Source: a virus. Taken from it: a stretch of DNA of 64,000 nt. The stretch covers positions 873 through 64,872 of IMG/VR virus record IMGVR_UViG_3300019926_000010. One strand, 5' to 3'. Of the stretch, positions 28,107 to 36,977 are shown piece by piece. The position numbers and the translations under genes were made by a program. The notes beneath the pieces were generated by a model, which worked only from the letters and a program-made list of their open reading frames with translations, was not told where the DNA came from and did no database searches. The first letter of the stretch is position 1. Every line of letters starts with the position of its first letter.

Positions 28107-28259
28107 TTACTCGTCGGGGTACCAACCGGGACAGGTGACACTGACAGTCTTGAACCGTTTCTCACGTTCTGTTTGCTCTCGTTCCTCAGCATCACAGAAT
28201 GGGCACGTTTCCGGTGGATTATCGCCCTCCTCGTAGTTACCGCAGGTGTAGACGACCAT
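28107..28259 (-). CDS. Rubredoxin-like microprotein
   Basis: Manually translated as MVVYTCGNYEEGDNPPETCPFCDAEE...; the start overlaps the thyX stop. Confidence 0.5.
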   Translation of the reverse strand: MVVYTCGNYEEGDNPPETCPFCDAEEREQTEREKRFKTVSVTCPGWYPDE

Positions 28260-28948
28260 CAGGGCGCTCGCAGGCTGTTGTTGTTTGTCTTCTCGTCGTA
28301 AGCCTGGAAGGACTTTGGTGCCCAGTCCGAGGCCACGTCACCGATCTTCTTGGCGAACTGCTGTGCTTCCCACTGGGCTTTCCCGTTGTCTCGGAGATCG
28401 AGGAAGTGGAACAGCGCCCGAGGATTAGCCGAGAGCGTCATGTTGACCGGTGCGGCCAACGGCAAGAAGAACCGAGCATCCTCTTTCGGAATACCCTGTT
28501 CAACTGCTTCTTTGTAATGATCGAGAGAATTTCTCCAATGAATTTCAAGAAGCTGTTCCCATGTAGCTTCTTTCCCTTTTCCGAAGTACGTATTAGATGG
28601 TTCATCAACGAAACTCGGAGGAATTACTGGATTTTTGTCACCGAAGTCAACGTAACGTTGGCTCTGTACGTCGAAGCTCATGTGACGGTGCCGGGTCACC
28701 TGAGCCATAGCCGAGCGGCTGAGTCCTTCGATGAAAAAGCTGGCCTGGGGATGCTCGAACACGCCGAAATGTCCCGAGTACGCCTTCTCGTTCAGGAACT
28801 CCTGTAGATCGCGGTCACCCATCGCTTCGTCATAGCCAGTTCCAACGAGGCTGTCACTCATGTAGTCGCCACGGGCCGACATTGCCGCAAGTTCGTCGGG
28901 GTTCGGGGTGCTGTACTCGTCTCGAAGTTCTACTTTCATGTCAGTCAT
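28259..28948 (-). CDS. thyX: FAD-dependent thymidylate synthase
   Basis: Signature RHRHMSFDVQSQR, plus HFGVFEH, EDARFFLP and QWE. Confidence 0.96.
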   Translation of the reverse strand: MTDMKVELRDEYSTPNPDELAAMSARGDYMSDSLVGTGYDEAMGDRDLQEFLNEKAYSGHFGVFEHPQASFFIEGLSRSAMAQVTRHRHMSFDVQSQRYVDFGDKNPVIPPSFVDEPSNTYFGKGKEATWEQLLEIHWRNSLDHYKEAVEQGIPKEDARFFLPLAAPVNMTLSANPRALFHFLDLRDNGKAQWEAQQFAKKIGDVASDWAPKSFQAYDEKTNNNSLRAP

Positions 28949-28950
28949 TG

Positions 28951-29493
28951 TTAGAAGTCCTCGTGAAGCCGCGACGGGGTTGCCCCCATCTGTCCGTTGT
29001 ACTTGTTGCTGTTCCCCCGACTGTAGGCCACGTCGGGTGGGTTCTCGTGGGAGTGAAGCGTCATCTGGCAGATCCGCATATCCTCCTTCAACACGATGTC
29101 GTAATCCATCGGGTTGTAGAGTTCGAGCGTGATCTGACCGTTGAACCCAGCGTCTACCAGTCCAGCGTTCTCGATGAATAGTCCGAGCCTCCCTACCGAA
29201 GAACGCCCGTGAATCACGCCGACGTATTCGTCAGGAAGGGCCAGCACCTCGTCGGTGTGGGCTAATCGGAACTCACCCGAGGGAACTTCCATCGTCCCCG
29301 TCGGCCAGTGTTCAGGATAGGTACTTTCGTCGTCAACAACAACTCGGTCTGTCCCTGTCATCCGGAGGAGTTCGTCTCCGAGATGCAGGTCAATCGAACT
29401 GGGTTCAACCGCAAGGTCGCCGCCGTTCGTTCTCTCGATCTGTACGTCACCGTCGTCTAACTTGTCGTTGATAGTTTTGCTTGAAGCAATCAA
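28951..29493 (-). CDS. dcd: dCTP deaminase (trimeric dUTPase superfamily)
   Basis: PSSIDLHL, GRSSVGRLGL, AGLVDAGFNG, RICQM and KYNGQ motifs. Confidence 0.92.
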   Translation of the reverse strand: MIASSKTINDKLDDGDVQIERTNGGDLAVEPSSIDLHLGDELLRMTGTDRVVVDDESTYPEHWPTGTMEVPSGEFRLAHTDEVLALPDEYVGVIHGRSSVGRLGLFIENAGLVDAGFNGQITLELYNPMDYDIVLKEDMRICQMTLHSHENPPDVAYSRGNSNKYNGQMGATPSRLHEDF

Positions 29494-29702
29494 ACGAAAT
29501 CACCAAGTCCGGCCTGCCGTGGCCCGGAATCTTCTTCCTTCTCGTCGCCGTCTTCACTTCCCGAGTCTACCCTTGCTCGGATATACGGATACCGACAATC
29601 CCAACAGAGAGTTTCTTTACCGGACGAATCTTCATGCCCGTAGAAAGTGAACCGTGTGACGTTCTCTTCTTCACCGCACCGTTCGCAGGTCAGGTACCCC
29701 AT
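29490..29702 (-). CDS. Zinc-finger microprotein
   Basis: CERC...CWDC. Confidence 0.6.
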   Translation of the reverse strand: MGYLTCERCGEEENVTRFTFYGHEDSSGKETLCWDCRYPYIRARVDSGSEDGDEKEEDSGPRQAGLGDFV

Positions 29703-32351
29703 TTACATGAAGGCTTTCAGGCCACTCTGCATCTGACCCTTCACTGCGGCGTTTACGTCAATGTCAACTGCGGCGAGAACCTTCTTCATCGGACGGATCA
29801 CCGCGCCCTCGGTCATGCGACCAACGTTCACATCGAACGTCTGATCGTAGTTGTCCAGGTCCTCCGTTGTCTCGAACCCGATCACGTCGATCTCGCGGTC
29901 CATCTCCTCGCAGTAGAGATCGTCCACGTAGACCCGCATCGGCTTCGATCCCTGCCCGATGTTGGTTCCGAGCAGGTGATTCGCGTTCCATGCCGCCCGT
30001 GGGTGAGCGTCTTGTGGGTGATCTCCGCTACTCGACCAGTTGTAGTAGTCATCGTTGTCCGCGTGTTCCCTACTGATTTTCTTCCCGAGGCCACCCGGAA
30101 TACCGATCCGTTGCCATTCAGAGTAGTCCATACCGGGGTGGATCTCGTCGGCGGCGGCCTTCACGATGTTACCGATGGTCGCGTCATCTTTGCCCTTGAG
30201 AATGGCCTTGATAACTGCCTTCTGCGTTTCCTGGGTCAGCTCCGAGAAGTCAGATCTCTTGGAACCGTATCCCGTGATCTTCAACTCGGGGTCGTCGCTT
30301 ATGTCGTCGCCTTCGTCCCAGTAACACAGGTAGGCGTATCGCTTCTTCTTGTTAGACTGGAAGAATCTTTTTAGGTAGTTCTCCGGCTCGATTAGCCACT
30401 CACAGTCTTCTCGGGGAACCCCGAATCGTTGGTTCGCGTAATCGGGGTACACCTGATTGTTCAGGGCGTGACATACCTTCTCGGCTTCCTCGATGCACCG
30501 ATCCATTCCCCACTCCTCGGGCCACTGAATGTAGTTGGAGTCGGTGTCACCGTAGATTACTTCACCTTCGGTGTGATCCTCGACGTACTGAGCGGAACGT
30601 TTGATGCACGCCTGACCGAGGGCTGTAACGGCGAGAGCCACGTCCTTGTCGTAGAGGAAGAAGTGTTCCCATCCCAACACTCCGAATATCGAGTTGGTTA
30701 CAGTTTTTGCCACAGCGTACCTCTCGCCCCACATTTCGACGGCTTCGCGGTCACCACGTTCACCAGCTTCGTGCCGCTTCGTGCGGTAACCCTCCTTCAG
30801 GTCAATCGCGTCGTCAATCAACTCACGGAAGATGCCGTCCTCCTGGCGCGAGAACCAGATACCGTTCGGGGCTTTATTCGCCGGGAAGCCCTCGGGCGGC
30901 TCAGATGTCAACTTCGTCTCCGGTGAGATGTTGAACATCTTCATCGTCATCGGGTAGAGAGACTTCACGTCGATCCCGGTGACATTCTCGAAGACGCCGT
31001 TGGATGGATCGAAGACGTGACCGCCACCGAAATCTTCCTTGTCCGGGTGCCGGGCAGTTGGGCCGTGAAGATCCTTCTCGTGGAGCTTCCGGCGAACGAA
31101 CATCTCGATGAAGTCGTTGTTCTCCCGAGTCTGCTCGAAGTCAACCCCAACCTCCTCGCGGAGTGCGTTCTTGAACGCGAGAACCCCGGCCTCCTCGTTA
31201 ATCCTGACTGTCAGGAGCGTGTCTTTCGCGTTGTAGTTGAGGAACTTCACCGGATCTTCCTTCCACATCTCGTGGAACCCCATGTCCGTGTGGGGAATCT
31301 TCGTGTCTTCCAGTTCCTCTCGGGCGACGTTGTTCAGTCGGTAGGACTGAAGCTCCGACCGCTTCGTGTCCTTGTACGCCTTCATCAGGTCGTAGACAGT
31401 CCGGCCACCGAAGTCCTGAACGTCAGCCCAGCCTCCACCGGAGAGATTAACTTCACCCTCCATCCGAGCCATGCGATCCGGATTGACTCCGACCTCTTCC
31501 ATCCGAGCGACGAGGTACGGTGCGTCATAGCCCTCGAAATTCCAACCTGTCATAAGATCAGGGTCGATGTCCTGAATCCAGCAGGCGAACTCCGTGAGCA
31601 TCTGCTTCTCTTTCGGACGGGCCTTCACCTCGTCAATCTCTTCGGAAAGTCCGGCCTCGTGGAGATCGTCAATACCCTCTGGTTCAGAATCCATCCCGAA
31701 CATGGACTCGAACGACCGACCCCCGGTGTAGAAGAACACGACCGTCTTGTCGGTCAATGAATCGTGTGCCGCTATACTCAATATCGCTGAGTCGCGGTGC
31801 TGAAGTCGTCCGTCGTCAATCGTGAAGTCCTGGCGGTCGTCGTTCTCGATGTCGAACGTGACGACTCGGGGATCGTGTTCACCGGCCAGATCAATCGCTT
31901 CCGATTCGCTGTAGTGACACCGCTTCGATGGAACCCGGATACCAGTTTTGAGGCCCAACTGAATCCGAGCGAAGTTGGTGTACCAGATGTCAGCCTCGTA
32001 GGTCGTCTCGAACTGATCTTCAATCTCAGACCGAGGACCAACCGACCGGAACTGAAGCCGAGTAAGCTCGTCACCGAACAGGCTTTCATGTCCGTGGTCG
32101 ATGTTGGCAATCTTGGAGTGCGTCTCCAACGACTGCGCTCGATCTTCGTAGTCTCCCTTCTCGATGAAAAGCTCAGGCGGAAGTCCGGTCAGTTCAACGT
32201 AATCCTGTTCACCGCCAGTGTTCCATCCGTAGAACCGAACCCCGATGTGACCATCATCGGTCCAGAATACCGCTGAGTTTGTGACGTACAGTTCTATTTC
32301 TTCGTTTGCCGATACTTGTTGCTGGTCGGTCGATTTGGTTTGAGCGATCAT
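29703..32351 (-). CDS. polB: Family B DNA polymerase
   Basis: Exonuclease motifs FDIE and GWNFEGYD; polymerase motifs DVKSLYP, K-x3-N-x2-G and YGDTDS; KKRYA. Confidence 0.97.
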   Translation of the reverse strand: MIAQTKSTDQQQVSANEEIELYVTNSAVFWTDDGHIGVRFYGWNTGGEQDYVELTGLPPELFIEKGDYEDRAQSLETHSKIANIDHGHESLFGDELTRLQFRSVGPRSEIEDQFETTYEADIWYTNFARIQLGLKTGIRVPSKRCHYSESEAIDLAGEHDPRVVTFDIENDDRQDFTIDDGRLQHRDSAILSIAAHDSLTDKTVVFFYTGGRSFESMFGMDSEPEGIDDLHEAGLSEEIDEVKARPKEKQMLTEFACWIQDIDPDLMTGWNFEGYDAPYLVARMEEVGVNPDRMARMEGEVNLSGGGWADVQDFGGRTVYDLMKAYKDTKRSELQSYRLNNVAREELEDTKIPHTDMGFHEMWKEDPVKFLNYNAKDTLLTVRINEEAGVLAFKNALREEVGVDFEQTRENNDFIEMFVRRKLHEKDLHGPTARHPDKEDFGGGHVFDPSNGVFENVTGIDVKSLYPMTMKMFNISPETKLTSEPPEGFPANKAPNGIWFSRQEDGIFRELIDDAIDLKEGYRTKRHEAGERGDREAVEMWGERYAVAKTVTNSIFGVLGWEHFFLYDKDVALAVTALGQACIKRSAQYVEDHTEGEVIYGDTDSNYIQWPEEWGMDRCIEEAEKVCHALNNQVYPDYANQRFGVPREDCEWLIEPENYLKRFFQSNKKKRYAYLCYWDEGDDISDDPELKITGYGSKRSDFSELTQETQKAVIKAILKGKDDATIGNIVKAAADEIHPGMDYSEWQRIGIPGGLGKKISREHADNDDYYNWSSSGDHPQDAHPRAAWNANHLLGTNIGQGSKPMRVYVDDLYCEEMDREIDVIGFETTEDLDNYDQTFDVNVGRMTEGAVIRPMKKVLAAVDIDVNAAVKGQMQSGLKAFM

Positions 32352-32435
32352 AATGTAACCTATTTGCAGGCCAACTTTCCGGCCTCAACCCCCAGGGTCC
32401 ACGGGTCCAGAACCGGTCCGTAGAATGGGTTATTA

Positions 32436-32696
32436 TCAGACTGATTGACTATCCAGTGTCTCTTGCATTTTCTCTTCGTAGCGACCAAGATCAGCCGACT
32501 CTTCGTCGCACCCACTGTTTCTCTGCGTCTCTATCTGTTCGAGAATATAGTCGAGATCGTCAGCCCGACCAGTTTGTCCGTTTCGTGACAATGTTGTGGC
32601 CGAGTATTCTAACTCCTCGATCACCGTCTCCCAAGCACGACCGTGGAGTGCTACTTTTTCCATTGGGTCAGTTGTTCGCCATGTCGTAGATGCCAC
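32436..32696 (-). CDS. Hypothetical protein
   Basis: Acidic ORF between the Cas4-like and polB genes. Confidence 0.55.
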   Translation of the reverse strand: MASTTWRTTDPMEKVALHGRAWETVIEELEYSATTLSRNGQTGRADDLDYILEQIETQRNSGCDEESADLGRYEEKMQETLDSQSV

Positions 32697-33684
32697 CGAC
32701 TTCCTTCACCTCCGATTCCTGCTCGAAGAAGTCGTCAGGTTTCGCGTCGATAGCGTGCTGGTACGTCGGACCACCGAAGTGCTTCAGACCCCACTCGGAT
32801 TCACAGTCAGCGTAGTGGTCACAGAGTCCGTCACCCTTCTCGTTCGACCACGCACAGAGTGGCTGTTCGTCAATGGGGAACCACTCTTTCTCGGCGTGGA
32901 ACGAGAGGGCGACCATCTCGTGTAACTTCTGATCCATGAAATCTCTGCGAGATTTCGACAGCTCTGCTCCGATGGTGGTGTCGGACTTGGGGTAGTAGGC
33001 CGCGACCCCGGTGACCTCGTGATCCATCGTCTGCTCGAAGATCGTCGCGTAGAACTCCTGCTCCAGATAGATACCTTCCTCGCGGTACTGGGGATCAGGA
33101 ACCGAGCCGGTCTTGAAGTCGAGGATCGTGACTCCGTGGTTCGCCTTGACTTTATTGTCGGGAAGGGAGGCCGACCGCACTACAAGGTCAGCGAACCCCA
33201 TCAGCGGGACGTTCCACCGTGGGTCGTTCCACTCGTAGTCGAGCCAGCCTTCCTCTTCGATCCCAACGGGGTTCCACTGACGTTCATCGGCGTGTTTCTG
33301 ACACCGATTCTGACGCCGTTTCTCGAACTTGAGGAAGTTCGTAATGAAAGGCATCATGTGGTCGGCCCAGTCAGCGGCCTCACTCCGTCCGTGACCGGTT
33401 TCTTTGCCGGGGAGGTACTGCGAGAGTCGCGCCGAGTTGAACGCCGTCAGCAGATCCTCCTGCACGTTCTCGTAGAAGTTCTCGAACGCCCGGTGAACCT
33501 GCGTCCCCCGAGCCGTGTAGAACGTCGCGTCACCACGGTGCCCGAGAATGTAGGTGAAGTAGAACTTCATCGGGCAGGTGACGTACTCTTTCAAGCGAGA
33601 CTTCGAGATGTACGGAAGCGGTCGCATCGGATCACCTTCGGCTTCTTCCCGAGCCTGTGTGATCCGTTCAGTCTCACTCGGCAT
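32668..33684 (-). CDS. Cas4/AddB-like PD-(D/E)xK exonuclease with Fe-S cysteines
   Basis: CPMKF, RGTQVH, GFADLV, ILDFKTG and Q-x2-Y, with C-terminal C-x9-C-x5-C; start refined to MPSE. Confidence 0.88.
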   Translation of the reverse strand: MPSETERITQAREEAEGDPMRPLPYISKSRLKEYVTCPMKFYFTYILGHRGDATFYTARGTQVHRAFENFYENVQEDLLTAFNSARLSQYLPGKETGHGRSEAADWADHMMPFITNFLKFEKRRQNRCQKHADERQWNPVGIEEEGWLDYEWNDPRWNVPLMGFADLVVRSASLPDNKVKANHGVTILDFKTGSVPDPQYREEGIYLEQEFYATIFEQTMDHEVTGVAAYYPKSDTTIGAELSKSRRDFMDQKLHEMVALSFHAEKEWFPIDEQPLCAWSNEKGDGLCDHYADCESEWGLKHFGGPTYQHAIDAKPDDFFEQESEVKEVGGIYDMANN

Positions 33685-33830
33685 TTTGTTCATCCTCCAG
33701 AATCCGAACGTGATCGGTGATGTCCATTGCGTGGACACTGCCGTCTGACTTCTTCTGGAACTCAACTACCATCCGATCTCGCTGGCTGGCCTCCTTCAGA
33801 AGGTCAACCATGTTGTCGTGGTCAGCGAAC

Positions 33831-34136
33831 TCAGGCATCACGCACCTCGTTCATCTCCTCTGCTGTTTCCATGCACCCACCACCGTCGTCCAAGTCTTCG
33901 AGATGTTCGTTGTGGTGGTTACCTTCTTCGACCTCCTCAACATTCACAACTACTTCCAGAAGTTCGAGCGAGTCGTCAAAGGACTGCCCGATTGCACGTC
34001 GGGTAGCCGCTTCGGACTGCTCTTTGAACTCCTCGATGCCGTCGAGATCCTGAGATTCGATGATTTCTGCAAGCTCTTCGTCGCTTACCGTGTTGACCGT
34101 GATCCCGTGAATCGTGGCCGTGAGTCTCTTTGTCAT
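33831..34136 (-). CDS. Hypothetical protein
   Basis: Acidic ORF coupled to its neighbours. Confidence 0.55.
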   Translation of the reverse strand: MTKRLTATIHGITVNTVSDEELAEIIESQDLDGIEEFKEQSEAATRRAIGQSFDDSLELLEVVVNVEEVEEGNHHNEHLEDLDDGGGCMETAEEMNEVRDA

Positions 34137-34459
34137 TGTTTACCTCGGAGTCGGGCGTAGTTCTCGGCGTATCCGGCGATGTCTTCGGGGTTATCCTCGT
34201 GGTACACTCCCTCACTGTTCCGTGCGACCTTCATCAGGATGAATAGGTCACAGACTTCGTGAGGCTCGATCTCGATACCGAGGTAGTTCGACCAAAAGTC
34301 AGCGATGATTGCGAACGAATCCTCGGGTTCACCGTGCTGGTCGGGTCGGTCGTAAACAGTCTGTTTAGCCGAATCGAGGATGTACGTGTCTTCAACGTCA
34401 GGAACGGAGGGGCCGCCCTTGTCTTCGCTTTCTTCAACTTGTGTTGTTTTATGATCCAT
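34133..34459 (-). CDS. DUF6378-like all-alpha protein
   Basis: HGEPEDSFAIIADFWSNYL...MKVAR...DIAGYA matches my recollection of this phage family. Confidence 0.7.
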   Translation of the reverse strand: MDHKTTQVEESEDKGGPSVPDVEDTYILDSAKQTVYDRPDQHGEPEDSFAIIADFWSNYLGIEIEPHEVCDLFILMKVARNSEGVYHEDNPEDIAGYAENYARLRGKQ

Positions 34460-34722
34460 CAGTCAACCCTCTCGAAAATCGTTTCTTCGTGGCAACCGCC
34501 GTGTTCTTCTCGGGGACAGATCCCGCGCCATTCCTCTCGGTCTTTCGAGTCACCGACGAGGTGATTACAACGAACGCATCTGTAAGCCGTGAACCCAGGC
34601 TTGAGGTTATTGAGCGGTGCTACTTCTTGCTGGTTTTGGGGTGGAGTCAATTTATGATTCGAGTATACTGGTTTGCTTCGCCCGACGAATGGAAGTTCCA
34701 ACAAAGCGACTTCCCCCATCAA
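34459..34722 (-). CDS. Hypothetical Cys-containing protein
   Basis: CVRC and CP..HGGCH. Confidence 0.45.
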   Translation of the reverse strand: MMGEVALLELPFVGRSKPVYSNHKLTPPQNQQEVAPLNNLKPGFTAYRCVRCNHLVGDSKDREEWRGICPREEHGGCHEETIFERVD

Positions 34723-35059
34723 CGAGAACTACTTCGCCGTTGGGGTTCTGCTGAACGTGAGTCACATCATCGTGTCTCGTCGTCTCGTCGCCTCGCTTTG
34801 TCCATGCCGACCACGACTCTCCGTTAACCACAGTGATGTCACCAGGAATCGGATCGTGACGATCTCCGGCCATGTCGATGGCTTGCACCATCCCACCTGG
34901 AAGGGTGATAACCTCCGCGATTTCATCACTACGGTATTCTATCCAGTCCCCGTCAGAGGATCGAATAGCAACAAGAGCTTCGCGGTCGTCGGTCGGGGTG
35001 TCGTCGCCTTCCTGACGATTTTCGCTTAGTTGTGCTATCATGGTACCGCTCTCCGGCAA
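34652..35059 (-). CDS. Hypothetical protein
   Basis: Acidic track ORF in the operon. Confidence 0.55.
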   Translation of the reverse strand: MPESGTMIAQLSENRQEGDDTPTDDREALVAIRSSDGDWIEYRSDEIAEVITLPGGMVQAIDMAGDRHDPIPGDITVVNGESWSAWTKRGDETTRHDDVTHVQQNPNGEVVLVDGGSRFVGTSIRRAKQTSILES

Positions 35060-35102
35060 CTCGCCGTTTCATGCGCCTTTTCAATGAGCTAAGAGCGAAG
35101 AT

Positions 35103-35312
35103 TTAGACTTCCGCCGCCGCGTTGTCGTTCTGCTGAAGTTCAACCCGACTGGTTGCTCCAGTGTGCGTGTTGAAGACCTCGATTAGATCCTCCTCGTGGT
35201 TCGGGTTGTCGATCACCTGGGCATCAGTGTTCTTTCCTTCGACCTCGACGGTGAGGGTCACACCGTCTTGGATCTCTTTCGTGTACGTAGTTGACTTTTC
35301 CACGTCAGTCAC
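35103..35312 (-). CDS. Hypothetical protein
   Basis: Track ORF in the operon. Confidence 0.55.
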   Translation of the reverse strand: MTDVEKSTTYTKEIQDGVTLTVEVEGKNTDAQVIDNPNHEEDLIEVFNTHTGATSRVELQQNDNAAAEV

Positions 35313-35568
35313 CTCCGTAAATCTCGACCGAATGACCTTCTTCCTTGAATCCCGTCAGAAGTGCCGATTCAAGGATGCTGAGTCCGATACAGGCACCAAA
35401 CCCAACCTTTGGATTTAGGTACCCGGTGAACGTTGCGACGATGATCGCAACGACCATCAGGAACATCACGATCAGTGCTTTCTGAACGCCGCTCGTCAAC
35501 TCGTAGACGTAATATTTCGTTCTCATGCGTGTTTCTCGACCATCCGTTTTTCTGCGTTCTCCAGCCAC
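35305..35568 (-). CDS. Small membrane protein
   Basis: Two hydrophobic segments; the start is probably internal. Confidence 0.55.
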   Translation of the reverse strand: MAGERRKTDGRETRMRTKYYVYELTSGVQKALIVMFLMVVAIIVATFTGYLNPKVGFGACIGLSILESALLTGFKEEGHSVEIYGGD

Positions 35569-35676
35569 GCTTCCTCGTGGTTGTTGAGATCCACCAGATA
35601 CGCGATTAGATCGTTCCGAACTTTGGTGGGTGTGTCTTCCTCAAGCCGTTCACTGATTGCGTCTTGGATTGGGTGT

Positions 35677-35961
35677 TCACTCATCGTCTTCCTCCGGATG
35701 TTGCCAGCACCGATCTCCTTCTTTGTCTACAGTTCGGGAACACTCGCCGTCCTTGCCTGAGCAAGTCGGTTCATCTACTCCTTCGGGTGTCTCAGCGACG
35801 GACTCCATTTCGTAGTTTTCCGCCGATTCTTCAACCAGAACCGTAATCCGCCGAGAAGAACGCGAACTACTGAGTACACTAACAACGCGACCCTCCACGC
35901 CAAGAGGCTCATTGTCATTGTACTCAACTACCCTCGGGACGTAGACCACATCGTCACTCAT
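35677..35961 (-). CDS. Hypothetical protein with C-terminal C-C-C-H motif
   Basis: CSGKDGECSRTVDKEGDRCWQH. Confidence 0.6.
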   Translation of the reverse strand: MSDDVVYVPRVVEYNDNEPLGVEGRVVSVLSSSRSSRRITVLVEESAENYEMESVAETPEGVDEPTCSGKDGECSRTVDKEGDRCWQHPEEDDE

Positions 35962-36313
35962 TTAACTCATCCCGCATTTTAGCGAGCATTTCACCACCGT
36001 CGATCCGTTCGACAAGCTCGTTCACTTTGTCGTGGGTTCCCTGAAGTGCCGCTTTCTTCTCTGTTTCTCCGAGCTGTTCAGCCGCTTCGATTTGTTCTTC
36101 CAGAACGAGCGTGGCCTGTGCCCAGTAACCAGCCGTCTGATCCAGATTATCGTTGACCTCCGTTAGATCCTCACGCATTTCGAGGAGTTCGTTGAAGTCG
36201 AGAAGGGCCGGCAGTTCCGCAGGATCAGCCTCCTTTTCCTCAATTGATTCGATCCGCTCGTCAAATTCGGCCTTGTCGATGCTCTCTTTCTCGTCGTTGT
36301 TGTTGTCAGTCAT
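35954..36313 (-). CDS. Acidic coiled-coil protein
   Basis: Track ORF with a heptad-like pattern. Confidence 0.6.
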   Translation of the reverse strand: MTDNNNDEKESIDKAEFDERIESIEEKEADPAELPALLDFNELLEMREDLTEVNDNLDQTAGYWAQATLVLEEQIEAAEQLGETEKKAALQGTHDKVNELVERIDGGEMLAKMRDELNE

Positions 36314-36321
36314 TGTAGAAT

Positions 36322-36708
36322 TTAGTTGCTAACGCTTTTGCCAGTCGAGAATCCGTCATATCGACCCGAGTGCTGATGGTCGTTCACGGTTTCCGACGTG
36401 TCCTGATTTCGGATGTACCCGCAGTTGGTACAGATTTGATCTCCTCGCTCGTCGTACCGGAAGATTGCACCCTGATCGCCACCGTCTGCGGCGACCTTCT
36501 CCTCGGTTACTTCGATCTCGTCTTCCGTTGCCCAGTCCGGGCAGTCGTGTCGTGGTTGGGTAACTTCTATCCGTTTACCCATGATCTGCGAAGCGTGCGT
36601 TCCCTGTCTCACCGTCAGAAGAACCGGAACACCACTGTCGTAGAATTTTTCTTCCGGGTGATCTGAGAACGCTTTTACTACGTCAACACGCTTTCCTGTT
36701 TTTTCCAT
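36322..36708 (-). CDS. Protein with TFIIB-type zinc-ribbon-like motif
   Basis: YDERGDQICTNCGYI resembles the second half of the TFB ribbon. Confidence 0.55.
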   Translation of the reverse strand: MEKTGKRVDVVKAFSDHPEEKFYDSGVPVLLTVRQGTHASQIMGKRIEVTQPRHDCPDWATEDEIEVTEEKVAADGGDQGAIFRYDERGDQICTNCGYIRNQDTSETVNDHQHSGRYDGFSTGKSVSN

Positions 36709-36977
36709 TGAGAATTTGGGGGGATTTGTTTAATGCAGGTGTTAAACCGAGTTACACAAGAGACACTTCATCTCTCGGGAAGCCCAACCGTTTAGCCGCG
36801 ATTACGAGTTGTCGTTTCGCATCCGACTTGTTGTCTGATTTAATTATCAGACCTGTCGGTTTTTTGTCTATCACAACACGAAAGCTCTCATAATCCTGCT
36901 TGGTCTTCTGGCTCACTGCTACTGCCTACTCGGAACACCTTGATTAATGCTTTGTTCAATGCCTACTGGTTACCAGA

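Noticed and set aside
27609-28807. Plus-strand ORFs of 230 and 202 aa
   Set aside because: They are antisense to thyX and its neighbours, with non-halophilic composition.
29703-32351. Intein in PolB (also checked TerL and helicases)
   Set aside because: Lengths are normal, motifs are contiguous, and no intein splice-junction or LAGLIDADG motifs were seen.
32360-32430. T-loop-like hairpin upstream of polB
   Set aside because: The loop TTCTGGA departs from consensus, the stem has a mismatch, and no acceptor-like stem closes it.
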